Shown one piece after another: positions 16,124 to 23,958 of a DNA stretch of 24,266 bases (position 1 is the first letter of the stretch; every line of letters starts with the position of its first letter). The translations under genes and the position numbers were made by a program. The DNA lies in IMG/VR virus record IMGVR_UViG_3300042402_005088, positions 1-24,266 of that record; one strand, 5' to 3'. This DNA comes from a virus. Lineage: Duplodnaviria; Caudoviricetes. Below the pieces are notes generated by a model. The model was not told where the DNA came from. It made no database searches and was given only the letters and a program-made list of their open reading frames with translations.

Positions 16124-16867
16124 TTACAGCAGGTGCTCAACCCTCGCGCCCTTGGCGATGTTCTGCTCGGCCCAAAGCGGGCGCAGATTGGGCAGCGAGA
16201 ACGCCTCGCGGAACTGCGGCTCGTCAGATAAGTCGAACGCAGACAGCGGGCGAATGTGGTCGATGTGGATTTTGCCTTGCCCGAACGCCTGCCAGTCCAT
16301 GCGCTTGGTAAACTGGCGCTCTATGTGCGTCTTCAGTTGCTCAGGGGTGTAACCGAGGCGTTGAAGCAAAGTGGCCGACTTCGCCTTGCCGAGCGCGGCA
16401 TTGCGGATAGCCTCGGACACGCCATCACGACGCATCTTCTTCTTCACGCGCATCCGCAGCAATTCGGCACAGCGGTAGGTTTGATCCAGTCTGTAACGCA
16501 TCTTCCAGGCTTCGGCTTCCGACAGCCTGGGATTACGCCAAGGCATCCCGCTGGATTCGTAGAATGCCGCCACCCATTCATCAGGCGCCCGGCGCTTGAT
16601 CCATTCACGCCAAGCTGACCGCGCTTCCACGATCTCTCGCTGGAATGCCTTTGGTCCCGACTTGACGTATGGCAGCCCCAACTTGCCCAGCGACTTGTTG
16701 CTGAGCGTTTCGATAGGGCGCTCGCGACGCTTGGCCCGCTTGTCGGCTGCCCGGCACGGCTTACAATGCCCACTCGGCACACCGTTTCGACGTCCACTTG
16801 ATATCCGCCCGACCATCTGCGTCGGCTCTTTAGCAACACCACATGCCCAACACTTGACCAGCAGCAT
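16124..16867 (-). CDS. HNH endonuclease-like protein with N-terminal CxxC-CxxC zinc finger (about 247 aa)
   Basis: CWAC...CKPC at the N-terminus; HIDHIRPLSAF...NLRPLWAEQNIAKG HNH motif at the C-terminus; start codon uncertain. Confidence 0.8.
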   Translation of the reverse strand: MLLVKCWACGVAKEPTQMVGRISSGRRNGVPSGHCKPCRAADKRAKRRERPIETLSNKSLGKLGLPYVKSGPKAFQREIVEARSAWREWIKRRAPDEWVAAFYESSGMPWRNPRLSEAEAWKMRYRLDQTYRCAELLRMRVKKKMRRDGVSEAIRNAALGKAKSATLLQRLGYTPEQLKTHIERQFTKRMDWQAFGQGKIHIDHIRPLSAFDLSDEPQFREAFSLPNLRPLWAEQNIAKGARVEHLL

Positions 16868-16901
16868 GCGTGAGCTGGCCTCCAGGCGACGACGGTGGGG
16901 T

Positions 16902-16937
16902 AAAAACACCAACGCCCGCCGGGGTGAGTGGCGGGCG
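16902..16937 (-). terminator. Candidate intrinsic terminator upstream of the late operon (tR'-like)
   Basis: Minus strand CGCCCGCC-9 nt loop-GGCGGGCG followed by TTGGTGTTTTT. Confidence 0.5.
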
Positions 16938-16969
16938 GGCAAGGCTTGAAGTCAAATCGTGCAGCCTCT

Positions 16970-17002
16970 GCTTTCCTGGCACAATTCACCGCCCGATGTC
17001 AA
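16970..17002 (-). promoter_or_regulatory. Candidate late promoter (pR'-like)
   Basis: Perfect TTGACA at 17002-16997 in the intergenic gap before the late genes; the -10 element is non-consensus. Confidence 0.4.
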
Positions 17003-17128
17003 GCCTTCCGTCACATCCGCGTGCACCCCGATTTTCCGGGCCGTACAGCCCCGCAACCAGCCGCCCGCACCCACCATACCACCGCACCCCCAAAAACCCG
17101 CCCAGCGCCACCACAGAGGCGCCGCGCC

Positions 17129-17668
17129 CTATGCCAGCCGATACTCGACCACCAACCGCTCCAACGCCGCCAGCAGCTCCACCTTGCCGCGCCCCTCGCG
17201 CCACTTCCGCTCCGCGTCATAGGCCGACAACGCGCCGCCCCTCAGCACCACCCAGTTGACCACCCCCTGGCTCGCCGCCAGCCCCATCGCCTGCACGCCC
17301 CGCCGGTGCCACTCCGCAGCACTCAGGGCCGCCTCCTGCGGCAGCAGCGCCACGCCCAGCCCATCGCCGCGCCTGGCCTCCTGCACGCGGTCAGAGGCCC
17401 ACGGCATCGGGCCCATGCCCCTGCCCGCTTCGACGTGCTCCACGGCTTGGCGGTAGATCGCCGCGGCTGTGCGGTGGGCGTCGGTGCATTCGGCCACGCG
17501 GTTGAGCGGGTCGGCTCGGCGGGCGCGGGGGTGGGTGCTGCGGGTGCCAACGGCGACGTGCTCCACCACCACGGCAATGCCGGGGCTCCCCATGTCGTAG
17601 CCCTGCGCCTCGGCCTGCTGGCGGGGGTCGGACGGCGTGGTGCGGCGGCGGCGGGCGGGGCGGGTCAT
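17129..17668 (-). CDS. Putative late-gene regulator/antiterminator (DUF6456-like)
   Basis: 179 aa; last gene before the late promoter gap; HRTAAAIYR and C-terminal HTH-like VNWVVLRGGALSAYD...LLAALERL pattern. Function inferred from position. Confidence 0.55.
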   Translation of the reverse strand: MTRPARRRRTTPSDPRQQAEAQGYDMGSPGIAVVVEHVAVGTRSTHPRARRADPLNRVAECTDAHRTAAAIYRQAVEHVEAGRGMGPMPWASDRVQEARRGDGLGVALLPQEAALSAAEWHRRGVQAMGLAASQGVVNWVVLRGGALSAYDAERKWREGRGKVELLAALERLVVEYRLA

Positions 17669-17673
17669 GGGCG

Positions 17674-18123
17674 CTATGACACCACCCGCAGATTAGCCCG
17701 CGCGTCAGCCCGTAGCTTTTCCAGCGTGGCAGGCGCCAGCGTGTGCGCCCGCACCTTCGGCCGCGTGTCGGGATTGCGGGCCGCCATCATGTCCGCCAGT
17801 TCCTTCAACTGCCGCGCTACAGCCGCGCGCTCCTCAGCGCTAACCTGCGTTTCAGGCTCCGGCGGCGGGGCGGGCAGCGCCACACGCCGCGGGCCGTTGT
17901 CGCGCCACCACGATTGCAGGGGTTCCTTGACCTCCCGCAGCGTGCGGATGTGCAGGTTTTGCGGCGTCATGGCGACGGCTTCGAGGCTGGCCGGCGTGAA
18001 CGCGGCTTCGGGCAGATCGGCCATCAGCGGCAGGTAATGCAACATTGCCTCCATGGCCTTGACGGGATCGTGCGGGGTGGACATGCGGGCCAGCATCGCC
18101 AGCCATTCGCGGCGCGGGATCAT
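17674..18123 (-). CDS. Replication-associated protein (helicase-loader position, 149 aa)
   Basis: ATG at 18123 overlaps the initiator's stop (ATGA); helical protein in the lambda P-equivalent position. Confidence 0.55.
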   Translation of the reverse strand: MIPRREWLAMLARMSTPHDPVKAMEAMLHYLPLMADLPEAAFTPASLEAVAMTPQNLHIRTLREVKEPLQSWWRDNGPRRVALPAPPPEPETQVSAEERAAVARQLKELADMMAARNPDTRPKVRAHTLAPATLEKLRADARANLRVVS

Positions 18124-18893
18124 TGGGCCAACCTCAACTGCGGTTCGGTGTCGCGGGCCAGTCGGATCAGTTGTTCGTTCTGGTCGTAAGTGGACAGGTG
18201 GCTCGTCTTGGCAGGCGGGGCGCGTGTGCGGCTTTCGGCGTCGCGCCGGCACCAATTGCGCCAGGTGGCCTGCCAATCCGTCTTTCGGCCCCGTGCGCCG
18301 GGCTGGGCGCGCCAATAGTCGCGGAACTTGGCGAGGGTTTGCTGGGTGGCGCCTTCGAAGCCGGGTTCGTCCGGAATCCAGGCGTCGGGAAGGCGGGCTC
18401 CCGTGCGGGTTGGCGACGACGCGGAACGCGGCGCGCTCTCCCCTTTCTTATCTGCTTCTGTATCTGCTTCTGCTTCTGCTTCTAGAGCATAAGGGGGTTG
18501 GATAACGGGGGGGGTTAACCCCCCATCGACTTTTAGCTTAAGGGTTGGGTTTCCCCCGCGCTTGCCATCCCTTTGACCTTGCTCGCTTATTTCTTTATCA
18601 CGCACCATACGACGGCAGAAAATCACTCCCGTTTCGGTGCGGGAAAACACGCCGCTTTTTTCCAATTCCTGCACGAGTTTTTTTGTTTTTCCTTCGGAAA
18701 CGCTCGCAAGCATGCCGATTTGCCGATCGGTCGGTGGCTGCCCATTGATTGTCAAATGGCCATAAGGCGTGCCCTTGTGCATTACGCAAAGCATGCGCAT
18801 CCAAAGCCCTTGAGCAGCCAAAGACACCACGCGGAGCGCGTCGTCTCCTTCGTAGTCCGCCCACCAAAACTTTGACCAGCGGTGCTCGGTCAT
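18120..18893 (-). CDS. Phage replication initiator (O-like; YdaU/DUF1376-like N-terminus, DnaT-like C-terminus)
   Basis: WSKFWWADY...VSLAAQGLWMRMLC...ELEKSGVFS...RRMVRD N-domain; low-complexity linker; RLPDAWIP...FRDYW...KTDWQATWRNW C-domain. Confidence 0.8.
   Translation of the reverse strand: MTEHRWSKFWWADYEGDDALRVVSLAAQGLWMRMLCVMHKGTPYGHLTINGQPPTDRQIGMLASVSEGKTKKLVQELEKSGVFSRTETGVIFCRRMVRDKEISEQGQRDGKRGGNPTLKLKVDGGLTPPVIQPPYALEAEAEADTEADKKGESAPRSASSPTRTGARLPDAWIPDEPGFEGATQQTLAKFRDYWRAQPGARGRKTDWQATWRNWCRRDAESRTRAPPAKTSHLSTYDQNEQLIRLARDTEPQLRLAQ
18491..18557. repeat. Candidate replication origin iterons/palindrome inside the initiator gene
   Basis: Perfect palindrome GGGGGGTTAACCCCCC (18509-18524) plus several GGGTT motifs nearby in an AT-richer stretch encoding the linker. 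Confidence 0.55.
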
Positions 18894-19234
18894 GCCGCAA
18901 TCCTCATTAGAGCGGCTTTCCATATATCACCACGAACCTCGCCGCGTCGCTTGTGGACTGCGGGGATTTTCATGGGAGAAACGGGACAGCGGCTCTTTGC
19001 TACTGGAGGCGTCTCTCGGCCATCGCCTAGCCGCACGATGTGCCAATGGTTCGATTCATCGTGCCGGAACGACACCAAGCCCCAAGTCACGAGGTCTCGG
19101 GTCGCCCGCATGATTTCTGTTTCGTTCCGTGCCAAATCATCGGCCATCCGCTTCTGAGTGCGGAACGGAATGCGCCGGTCGCAGTGCCATTCGAGGTAGC
19201 AGAGCACGGCGTGATGGACTGGCCGGATCTTCAC
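18890..19234 (-). CDS. Winged-HTH-like DNA-binding protein (114 aa)
   Basis: GTG start with GGAGG; TQKRMADDLARNETEIMRATRDLVTWGLV HTH-like pattern; stop overlaps the initiator start. Confidence 0.6.
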   Translation of the reverse strand: MKIRPVHHAVLCYLEWHCDRRIPFRTQKRMADDLARNETEIMRATRDLVTWGLVSFRHDESNHWHIVRLGDGRETPPVAKSRCPVSPMKIPAVHKRRGEVRGDIWKAALMRIAA

Positions 19235-19374
19235 CCCACCACCTCCCACCCCGGCCAGAACGACAGATACAGCGCGCGGTTTTCAGCCGAGAGCAGGCCG
19301 GCGAGGTGCAGGCCGGTGTCGGCGCAGACCACGGTGTAAAGCGCGCCGTCGCGGAGGAGGCGGACGCGGCGCAT
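19231..19374 (-). CDS. Small hypothetical protein (47 aa)
   Basis: Not in the ORF track; MRRVRLLRDGALYTVVCADTG...WEVVG* exactly fills the gap with start/stop overlaps at both ends. Confidence 0.6.
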   Translation of the reverse strand: MRRVRLLRDGALYTVVCADTGLHLAGLLSAENRALYLSFWPGWEVVG

Positions 19375-19709
19375 CACCACGTCGCCACCCCAAACATCGC
19401 CGCCATCGCCGCATCACTCACGACCACCTGCGCATGCCCGGCCAGCACCGCCCCATTCTTCCGGCACTTGAACAGTTGCCACCGCGGCGCATCCGTCCCG
19501 TTGCCGATGGTGAGCCCGCCGCTGATCCAGCCGTTTTCGTCGGGGGCGTTGGTGGCGAGGGTGACGCGCTGGCCGTCGGTGGTGGTGGCGAGCATCAGGC
19601 CCTGCCCCGCGTTGTGCCAGGTGGCGAGCGCCCATTGCCGCTCCTGCACGCCTTCGCCGATGCGGATCGTGCCGGCGCGGGGGTTGGTGGTGAGGGTGAT
19701 GCGGATCAT
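19374..19709 (-). CDS. Hypothetical protein (111 aa)
   Basis: ATG at 19709 overlaps the upstream stop (ATGA); stop overlaps the next start. Confidence 0.65.
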   Translation of the reverse strand: MIRITLTTNPRAGTIRIGEGVQERQWALATWHNAGQGLMLATTTDGQRVTLATNAPDENGWISGGLTIGNGTDAPRWQLFKCRKNGAVLAGHAQVVVSDAAMAAMFGVATW

Positions 19710-20209
19710 CGGCGCCACCACTTCCACGCAGCAAACCCTGCGGAGGCGTAGCACTTGGCCAGGATCAGCCCCGGCGCCCACTTCACGGTCCCGAACGCCA
19801 GCGCGGAAAACAGCAGGCTATCCAGCACGGCGCCAACGAAGCCCGACGCCAGCACAGCTGCCCACATGGCCCGCTTGCGGAGCCGGTCATAGACAGCGAA
19901 ATCCGCCAGTTCTGAGAGCAGGAACGCGACAGCCGACGCCATGGCGAGCGCGGGCGGGGAGAACGCAAGGGATAAGCCGGCGCTGGCTGCGATCAGCGCC
20001 GCCACGGCCCATCGCGGCAACCGCTCATGCAAGGCGTCTCGAAGCGCCAGCGCGGCCCCGATCAGCAACACGCCAGACGGCGCCATGAGGCCGGGCGCCA
20101 CTGGGATAAGGCACGGGCCGTTGGAAATGCACGATCCCACGTTGCCGATCAGCCAATTGGCGGCGGGGATGGTGGCGAGGAAGGAGGCGGAGAGAAGGGC
20201 GGTCTTCAT
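19706..20209 (-). CDS. VUT/YhhQ-family (queuosine precursor transporter-like) membrane protein
   Basis: 167 aa, multi-TM; ANW, LRDALHE, ASAVAFLLSELADFAVYDRLR and VGAVLDSLLFSALAFG motifs. Confidence 0.85.
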   Translation of the reverse strand: MKTALLSASFLATIPAANWLIGNVGSCISNGPCLIPVAPGLMAPSGVLLIGAALALRDALHERLPRWAVAALIAASAGLSLAFSPPALAMASAVAFLLSELADFAVYDRLRKRAMWAAVLASGFVGAVLDSLLFSALAFGTVKWAPGLILAKCYASAGFAAWKWWRR

Positions 20210-20887
20210 GCGAACAAGGTTCCCTGTGACGCGCGCTTGCCGATGTGGCGCGGGTTCCGCGCGTCAATGCGCTGGGCCATGCGTTCCGGCTCCTGCGCTG
20301 CCCGGTTCATCGTGCCGGCGTGGTTGCGGGCGATATTCGTGCTGTCCGCCGAGGCGAAAGGGCCACGCGCCTTCGCTCGCCTCCTTCATCGCCCGGAGCA
20401 TGTGAACCCAAGTTGTGGGCGGAATGACTTGCCACGCAGCGTCGATGCGTTGACTCCACGCGGGAGAGCCAGGCGAGGTGAACGCGCCGGAACTACCGAT
20501 GCAGATACGGGGATACGCGCTCGCCAGTCGCACGAGACGCCCTAGGCTTTCGTGCATGTGCCAGACCGGCGCAGCGAGTTCGCGCGGGAGCGGACACGAG
20601 GCAAGCAACTCGTCGTTCGCCGCTTCGTCGCCGTCGATCACATCGGGGATCACAGCCCAATGCGGGTGGCGAATATGGGGCGTTGCCCAAGCGTAGAACG
20701 ACGGCCAATCCATGGCCTGACCACGCGTCCATGCCGAGAATGCGCCGTTGTCGAGCATGACGGATGCGCCATAGGCGAGGCACCAAGCAAGGTCGCCCGG
20801 CGCCGCCCATGAGACGCAGAAATGCCGCCCCGCCATGGGGGCGAGTGCGGCGCGCGGGGTGATCGGGGTCCCGTGGTAATGGATCAC
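20206..20887 (-). pseudogene. TGT/DpdA-like transglycosylase gene with an internal +1 frameshift
   Basis: MIHYHGTP, MLDNGAFSAW, IPDVIDG, PVWH, IGSSG and HML motifs; the conserved tail FASADSTNIARNH...RID lies in the +1 frame after CCC-TTT-CGC (20362-20354) and ends at 20206, overlapping the next ATG. Confidence 0.75.
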
Positions 20888-21408
20888 CGCGGGCCCCTCG
20901 CCATCGCCAACGCCATCCTGTTCCCGCGCTCCACCTGCCCGCGCGTCGCTTTGGGTTTGGCGATGCGGGGGTTGCGGGGTTTCTTGGCGAGGGGCTTGGG
21001 GGTGTCGAGCGCGGCGTCGTGGTGTTGGGCTGCGATGCGCCAGCCGGCGGCCATGGGGATGCCGTGGCGGTCGAGGGCCTCGGCCAGCTGCTCCACAGAC
21101 CGCGGCACCTCGTAGCCATGCCCCATGGCCCGCAGATCAGCCCCCCATGCCTCCTGCGCATCGGACTCGGTGTTCCGGCCCGCCTTCAGCTCGCAGCACA
21201 GGATGAAGCCGGGCATGATGTACCAGAGGTCGGACAGCCCCTTCTTCACGCCCTTGCGCTCCAGCCGCTGCCATTCGCGCGCCCTCTGCTCGGTCGTGCC
21301 GGCGTGCTTCCGGCCATGCTCAATGGCGGTCCATTTGCACGGCGCGAGGACGTGCGACTTGGAGAACATGGCGCAGCGGATCTGGAGGCGTTCTTCCGGG
21401 GCTGCCAT
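20884..21408 (-). CDS. VRR-NUC/PD-(D/E)xK nuclease-like protein
   Basis: GVKKGLSDL...ELKAG...SDAQEAW...GHGYEVPRS motif spacing typical of phage VRR-NUC proteins. Confidence 0.8.
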   Translation of the reverse strand: MAAPEERLQIRCAMFSKSHVLAPCKWTAIEHGRKHAGTTEQRAREWQRLERKGVKKGLSDLWYIMPGFILCCELKAGRNTESDAQEAWGADLRAMGHGYEVPRSVEQLAEALDRHGIPMAAGWRIAAQHHDAALDTPKPLAKKPRNPRIAKPKATRGQVERGNRMALAMARGPR

Positions 21409-21411
21409 GCG

Positions 21412-21687
21412 CTACATCCCCAGCGCGCGCCGGTAGACGTCCAGAAGCGTCTCATGCTCCTCGACCTCGGCCGGCTCCTGCTTGCGCAGCCGGATCAGTT
21501 GCCGCATCACCTTCACATCAAAGCCGGCCGACTTGGCTTCGGCGAAGATGTCCTTGATGTCGGACGAGAGCCCCTTCTTCTCCTCCTCGAGCCTCTCGAT
21601 ACGCTCGATCAGGCCGCGGAGACGCTCGGCGGAGATGTTGCCCCATTGGGCGGCATCATCCCCGCTGTTGTGCCCCGGCTCGCTCAT
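21412..21687 (-). CDS. gapR: GapR/DUF2312-family nucleoid-associated protein
   Basis: ERLRGLIERIERLEEEKKGLSSDIKDIFAEAKSAGFDVKVMRQLIRLRK...LLDVYRRALGM is the DUF2312 signature. Confidence 0.93.
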   Translation of the reverse strand: MSEPGHNSGDDAAQWGNISAERLRGLIERIERLEEEKKGLSSDIKDIFAEAKSAGFDVKVMRQLIRLRKQEPAEVEEHETLLDVYRRALGM

Positions 21688-21911
21688 GCGGGCAGCTTCC
21701 CGCCCAGCGCGGCATACTGCGCCGCCGGATCGCCCTTGTCGGCGCCGCGGGGGCGGGGCGCGACGAGCTCAACATCCACCTTGCCGCCCATCTTGGTCAT
21801 GGCTTCGGTGAACGCTTCCACCACCGGCTTGGCGGTCGAGAGCTTGTCGGTCTGCGCCCAGATATCGTCTGGCACTTCGACAACGGCCGAAATGCGGAGT
21901 TCCTTTGGCAT
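21684..21911 (-). CDS. Hypothetical protein (75 aa)
   Basis: ATG at 21911 with AGGAG RBS; stop overlaps the gapR start. Confidence 0.7.
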   Translation of the reverse strand: MPKELRISAVVEVPDDIWAQTDKLSTAKPVVEAFTEAMTKMGGKVDVELVAPRPRGADKGDPAAQYAALGGKLPA

Positions 21912-21955
21912 GCACGCTCCTGTGCGGAATTGCCGGCTACCGGCCGGCGCGGGAG

Positions 21956-22534
21956 TCAGGCGGAGAGCCAGCCGAGGACCGGCGGGCCTTGGTGCGCGCG
22001 GTCCCAGACGAACCACGCGAAAGCAATGGCGCCGTCCCTGTCCCGCTTGTCGGCGTCATCGCCGCGCCACAACGTTTGCCGGCCGCTGAACTGCCAGATG
22101 CGAGCGGGCGGATGCGGCTGCCACAGCACAGCATGCCGGGCGCGGCCTTCCAGCCATGCCGTGCGCTGAAAGATCGCCACCTTCTCGGCGCCTAGATGCA
22201 GGGCGTGCAGAGTGAACTCGTCGGCCAGCTTGAAGGGTGGGTTCGTGACGACGGCGGGGGCGGCAAGAAACGTTTCCATTAGAAAATCGCGCCGTGCCGC
22301 CCCATACCCACGATCAACTAGGTCGGTGCTGACAACCTGATGGCCGGCAGCAATGAGAACGTTGGAAATAGCGCCGTCGCCGCATGCCGGCTCCCACACG
22401 CGATGGGGGAATGTCTCAACGGCCAGCAGTGCCGCGGTGCAGCGCGCGGGGGTAGCGTAAAAGTCGTCAGGCTGCCGCTCGCCTGTCGTGTAGCGGCGGG
22501 TGCGCGTGGCGGAATTGGTGAGGGTGTCGCGCAT
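21956..22534 (-). CDS. Orphan DNA N6-adenine methyltransferase-like protein (192 aa)
   Basis: DDFYATP, SAM-binding VWEPACGDG, catalytic VTNPPF, and C-terminal FAWFVW motifs. Confidence 0.85.
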   Translation of the reverse strand: MRDTLTNSATRTRRYTTGERQPDDFYATPARCTAALLAVETFPHRVWEPACGDGAISNVLIAAGHQVVSTDLVDRGYGAARRDFLMETFLAAPAVVTNPPFKLADEFTLHALHLGAEKVAIFQRTAWLEGRARHAVLWQPHPPARIWQFSGRQTLWRGDDADKRDRDGAIAFAWFVWDRAHQGPPVLGWLSA

Positions 22535-22653
22535 CAGCACAAGCTCCAGACCACGCACCACCAGCGGGCAAACGCGATCAGCGGCATCCCAATGATGATG
22601 GGAAGCACACAAATCCCAAGGCCAAGGGCCGAGCCGATCAGAATGGGGCGCAT
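22534..22653 (-). CDS. Small hydrophobic protein (39 aa)
   Basis: Not in the ORF track; MRPILIGSALGLGICVLPIIIGMPLIAFARWWCVVWSLC* fills the gap with TGATG overlaps at both ends. Confidence 0.55.
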   Translation of the reverse strand: MRPILIGSALGLGICVLPIIIGMPLIAFARWWCVVWSLC

Positions 22654-22880
22654 CAAAAGAAATTCCCCCGGCCCGGCGGCTCGTCCGCAAACTCAAACCC
22701 CGCCAGCGCCATCTTGGCCCGCGTCTCCGCCTCCATGTCGGCGCGGAACGTGATGCGCGGCGGGTTGTCCATGGCCACGTCGCCGATGCGGCGGATCGGG
22801 CGCGTGACCACATGAACGCCAGCTGCGTGGGCTTGGCGCTTGGCCGCATAGGCGGCTTGGAGTGCGCAATGGTCGGTCAT
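22653..22880 (-). CDS. Hypothetical protein (75 aa)
   Basis: ATG at 22880 overlaps the upstream stop (ATGA); stop overlaps the next start. Confidence 0.6.
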   Translation of the reverse strand: MTDHCALQAAYAAKRQAHAAGVHVVTRPIRRIGDVAMDNPPRITFRADMEAETRAKMALAGFEFADEPPGRGNFF

Positions 22881-23803
22881 ACCGCCGCCTTCCCATAGAA
22901 AATCCGCCCCATCTTCTTCTTCGCCCTCTGCTTCCACGTCCCGCTCTCCTGCGCGTTCTTGGCCGCGTAGTAGGCGCGGAGCGCTTCGGCATCATCGGGG
23001 CTCGGAGAGTGCGTGGTCGGCGCCAGCACGGCGGCGGGGCAGCGCGTGACGATGCCTCCGGCCTTCACCCACTCGTCCACGGTCTGGAACACGGCGCGGG
23101 GCTTGGGTGGCTCGGTGGGGGTGCGTACCCAGGACTTGGGGACGGCCTTGGGTCGCTCAGGCTTGGGCGGCTTGGTGGCCCGCACCTTGGCCGGCTTGGG
23201 GGGCTTGTCCGGATACCGGATCACCCCGTCGCGCATCATCCGGGCCGCGCGCTTGGGGCTCATGCCCAGCTGCGTCGCGGCCTGAATGCGCGACATGCCG
23301 CCATCAAGCAGCGCCTGCATCTTCGGCGCCATGGCCAGGCGGGCGGCGGCATAGAGCGCGGCCGTTCCCTCCCGCGCATTCAGCGCCGACGCGCCCGGGA
23401 AGCTGCGAGGCCGGCTAGCGCGGATGCGGGCCGCGTGCAGCCGCATGGCGTGAATCGTCACCTCGGCGCCGCGCGCCTCACGGTAGCGCCGCAGCACGTC
23501 GCCGAGATCCGGGTTCGTGCCGTAGTGCTCGCGCAACACCTTGGTCGAGGCGTCATCGTATGTCAGCCGGCGGGCGCGATCCAGATTGTGCTCTTTGCAA
23601 AACCGCACCAGCGTGCCGCGGTAGACATTCTCCTTGCGCGATATCTCCCGCCCGCTCGCGCCGGCCAGCACCATCGCCTTGATGCGCGCCACCTTGGCGG
23701 CATCCCAATCGTAGCGGGCCCGCGCGCTGGCGCTGATCTTGGCGCGGGATTCCGCAGAGTGCTTTCGCCTGGACGATGCCGATGGAACGCGCTGACCACT
23801 CAT
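22877..23803 (-). CDS. Basic multi-HTH DNA-binding protein with NUMOD3-like motif (about 308 aa)
   Basis: KHSAESRAKIS NUMOD3-like motif; two HTH-like segments (GASGREISRKENV; GMSRIQAATQLGMS); Pro/Lys linker. The frame is open up to 23962, so the start is uncertain. Confidence 0.6.
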   Translation of the reverse strand: MSGQRVPSASSRRKHSAESRAKISASARARYDWDAAKVARIKAMVLAGASGREISRKENVYRGTLVRFCKEHNLDRARRLTYDDASTKVLREHYGTNPDLGDVLRRYREARGAEVTIHAMRLHAARIRASRPRSFPGASALNAREGTAALYAAARLAMAPKMQALLDGGMSRIQAATQLGMSPKRAARMMRDGVIRYPDKPPKPAKVRATKPPKPERPKAVPKSWVRTPTEPPKPRAVFQTVDEWVKAGGIVTRCPAAVLAPTTHSPSPDDAEALRAYYAAKNAQESGTWKQRAKKKMGRIFYGKAAV

Positions 23804-23958
23804 CCCCGCCCCCTCAAAAAGCGCCGCCGGCACGCACACGGCGGCCGGCGACGAGTTTGTTGGGAGGTCACACAGGCCCGCTTCCGCGCCAACACCGTGC
23901 GCGGGCCAAGACACGGACACACATCCCCCCTCGGGGACGGCGCGGAATTCTTCAGGCA

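Noticed and set aside
18449-18483. (TCTGCT)n-like tandem repeat as a separate element
   Set aside because: It encodes the EAEAEADTEAD linker common in phage initiators; mentioned only as part of the origin candidate.
18500-18560. AT-rich origin region as target of array unit A
   Set aside because: At the best site I noticed (ATcGAc at about 18525) only the first two dinucleotides match consecutively and the rest of the gapped pattern largely fails.
23095-23215. GGCTTGG-type repeats resembling a second GGY array
   Set aside because: Irregular spacing; explained by PKP/KPP codons in a Pro/Lys-rich linker on the minus strand.
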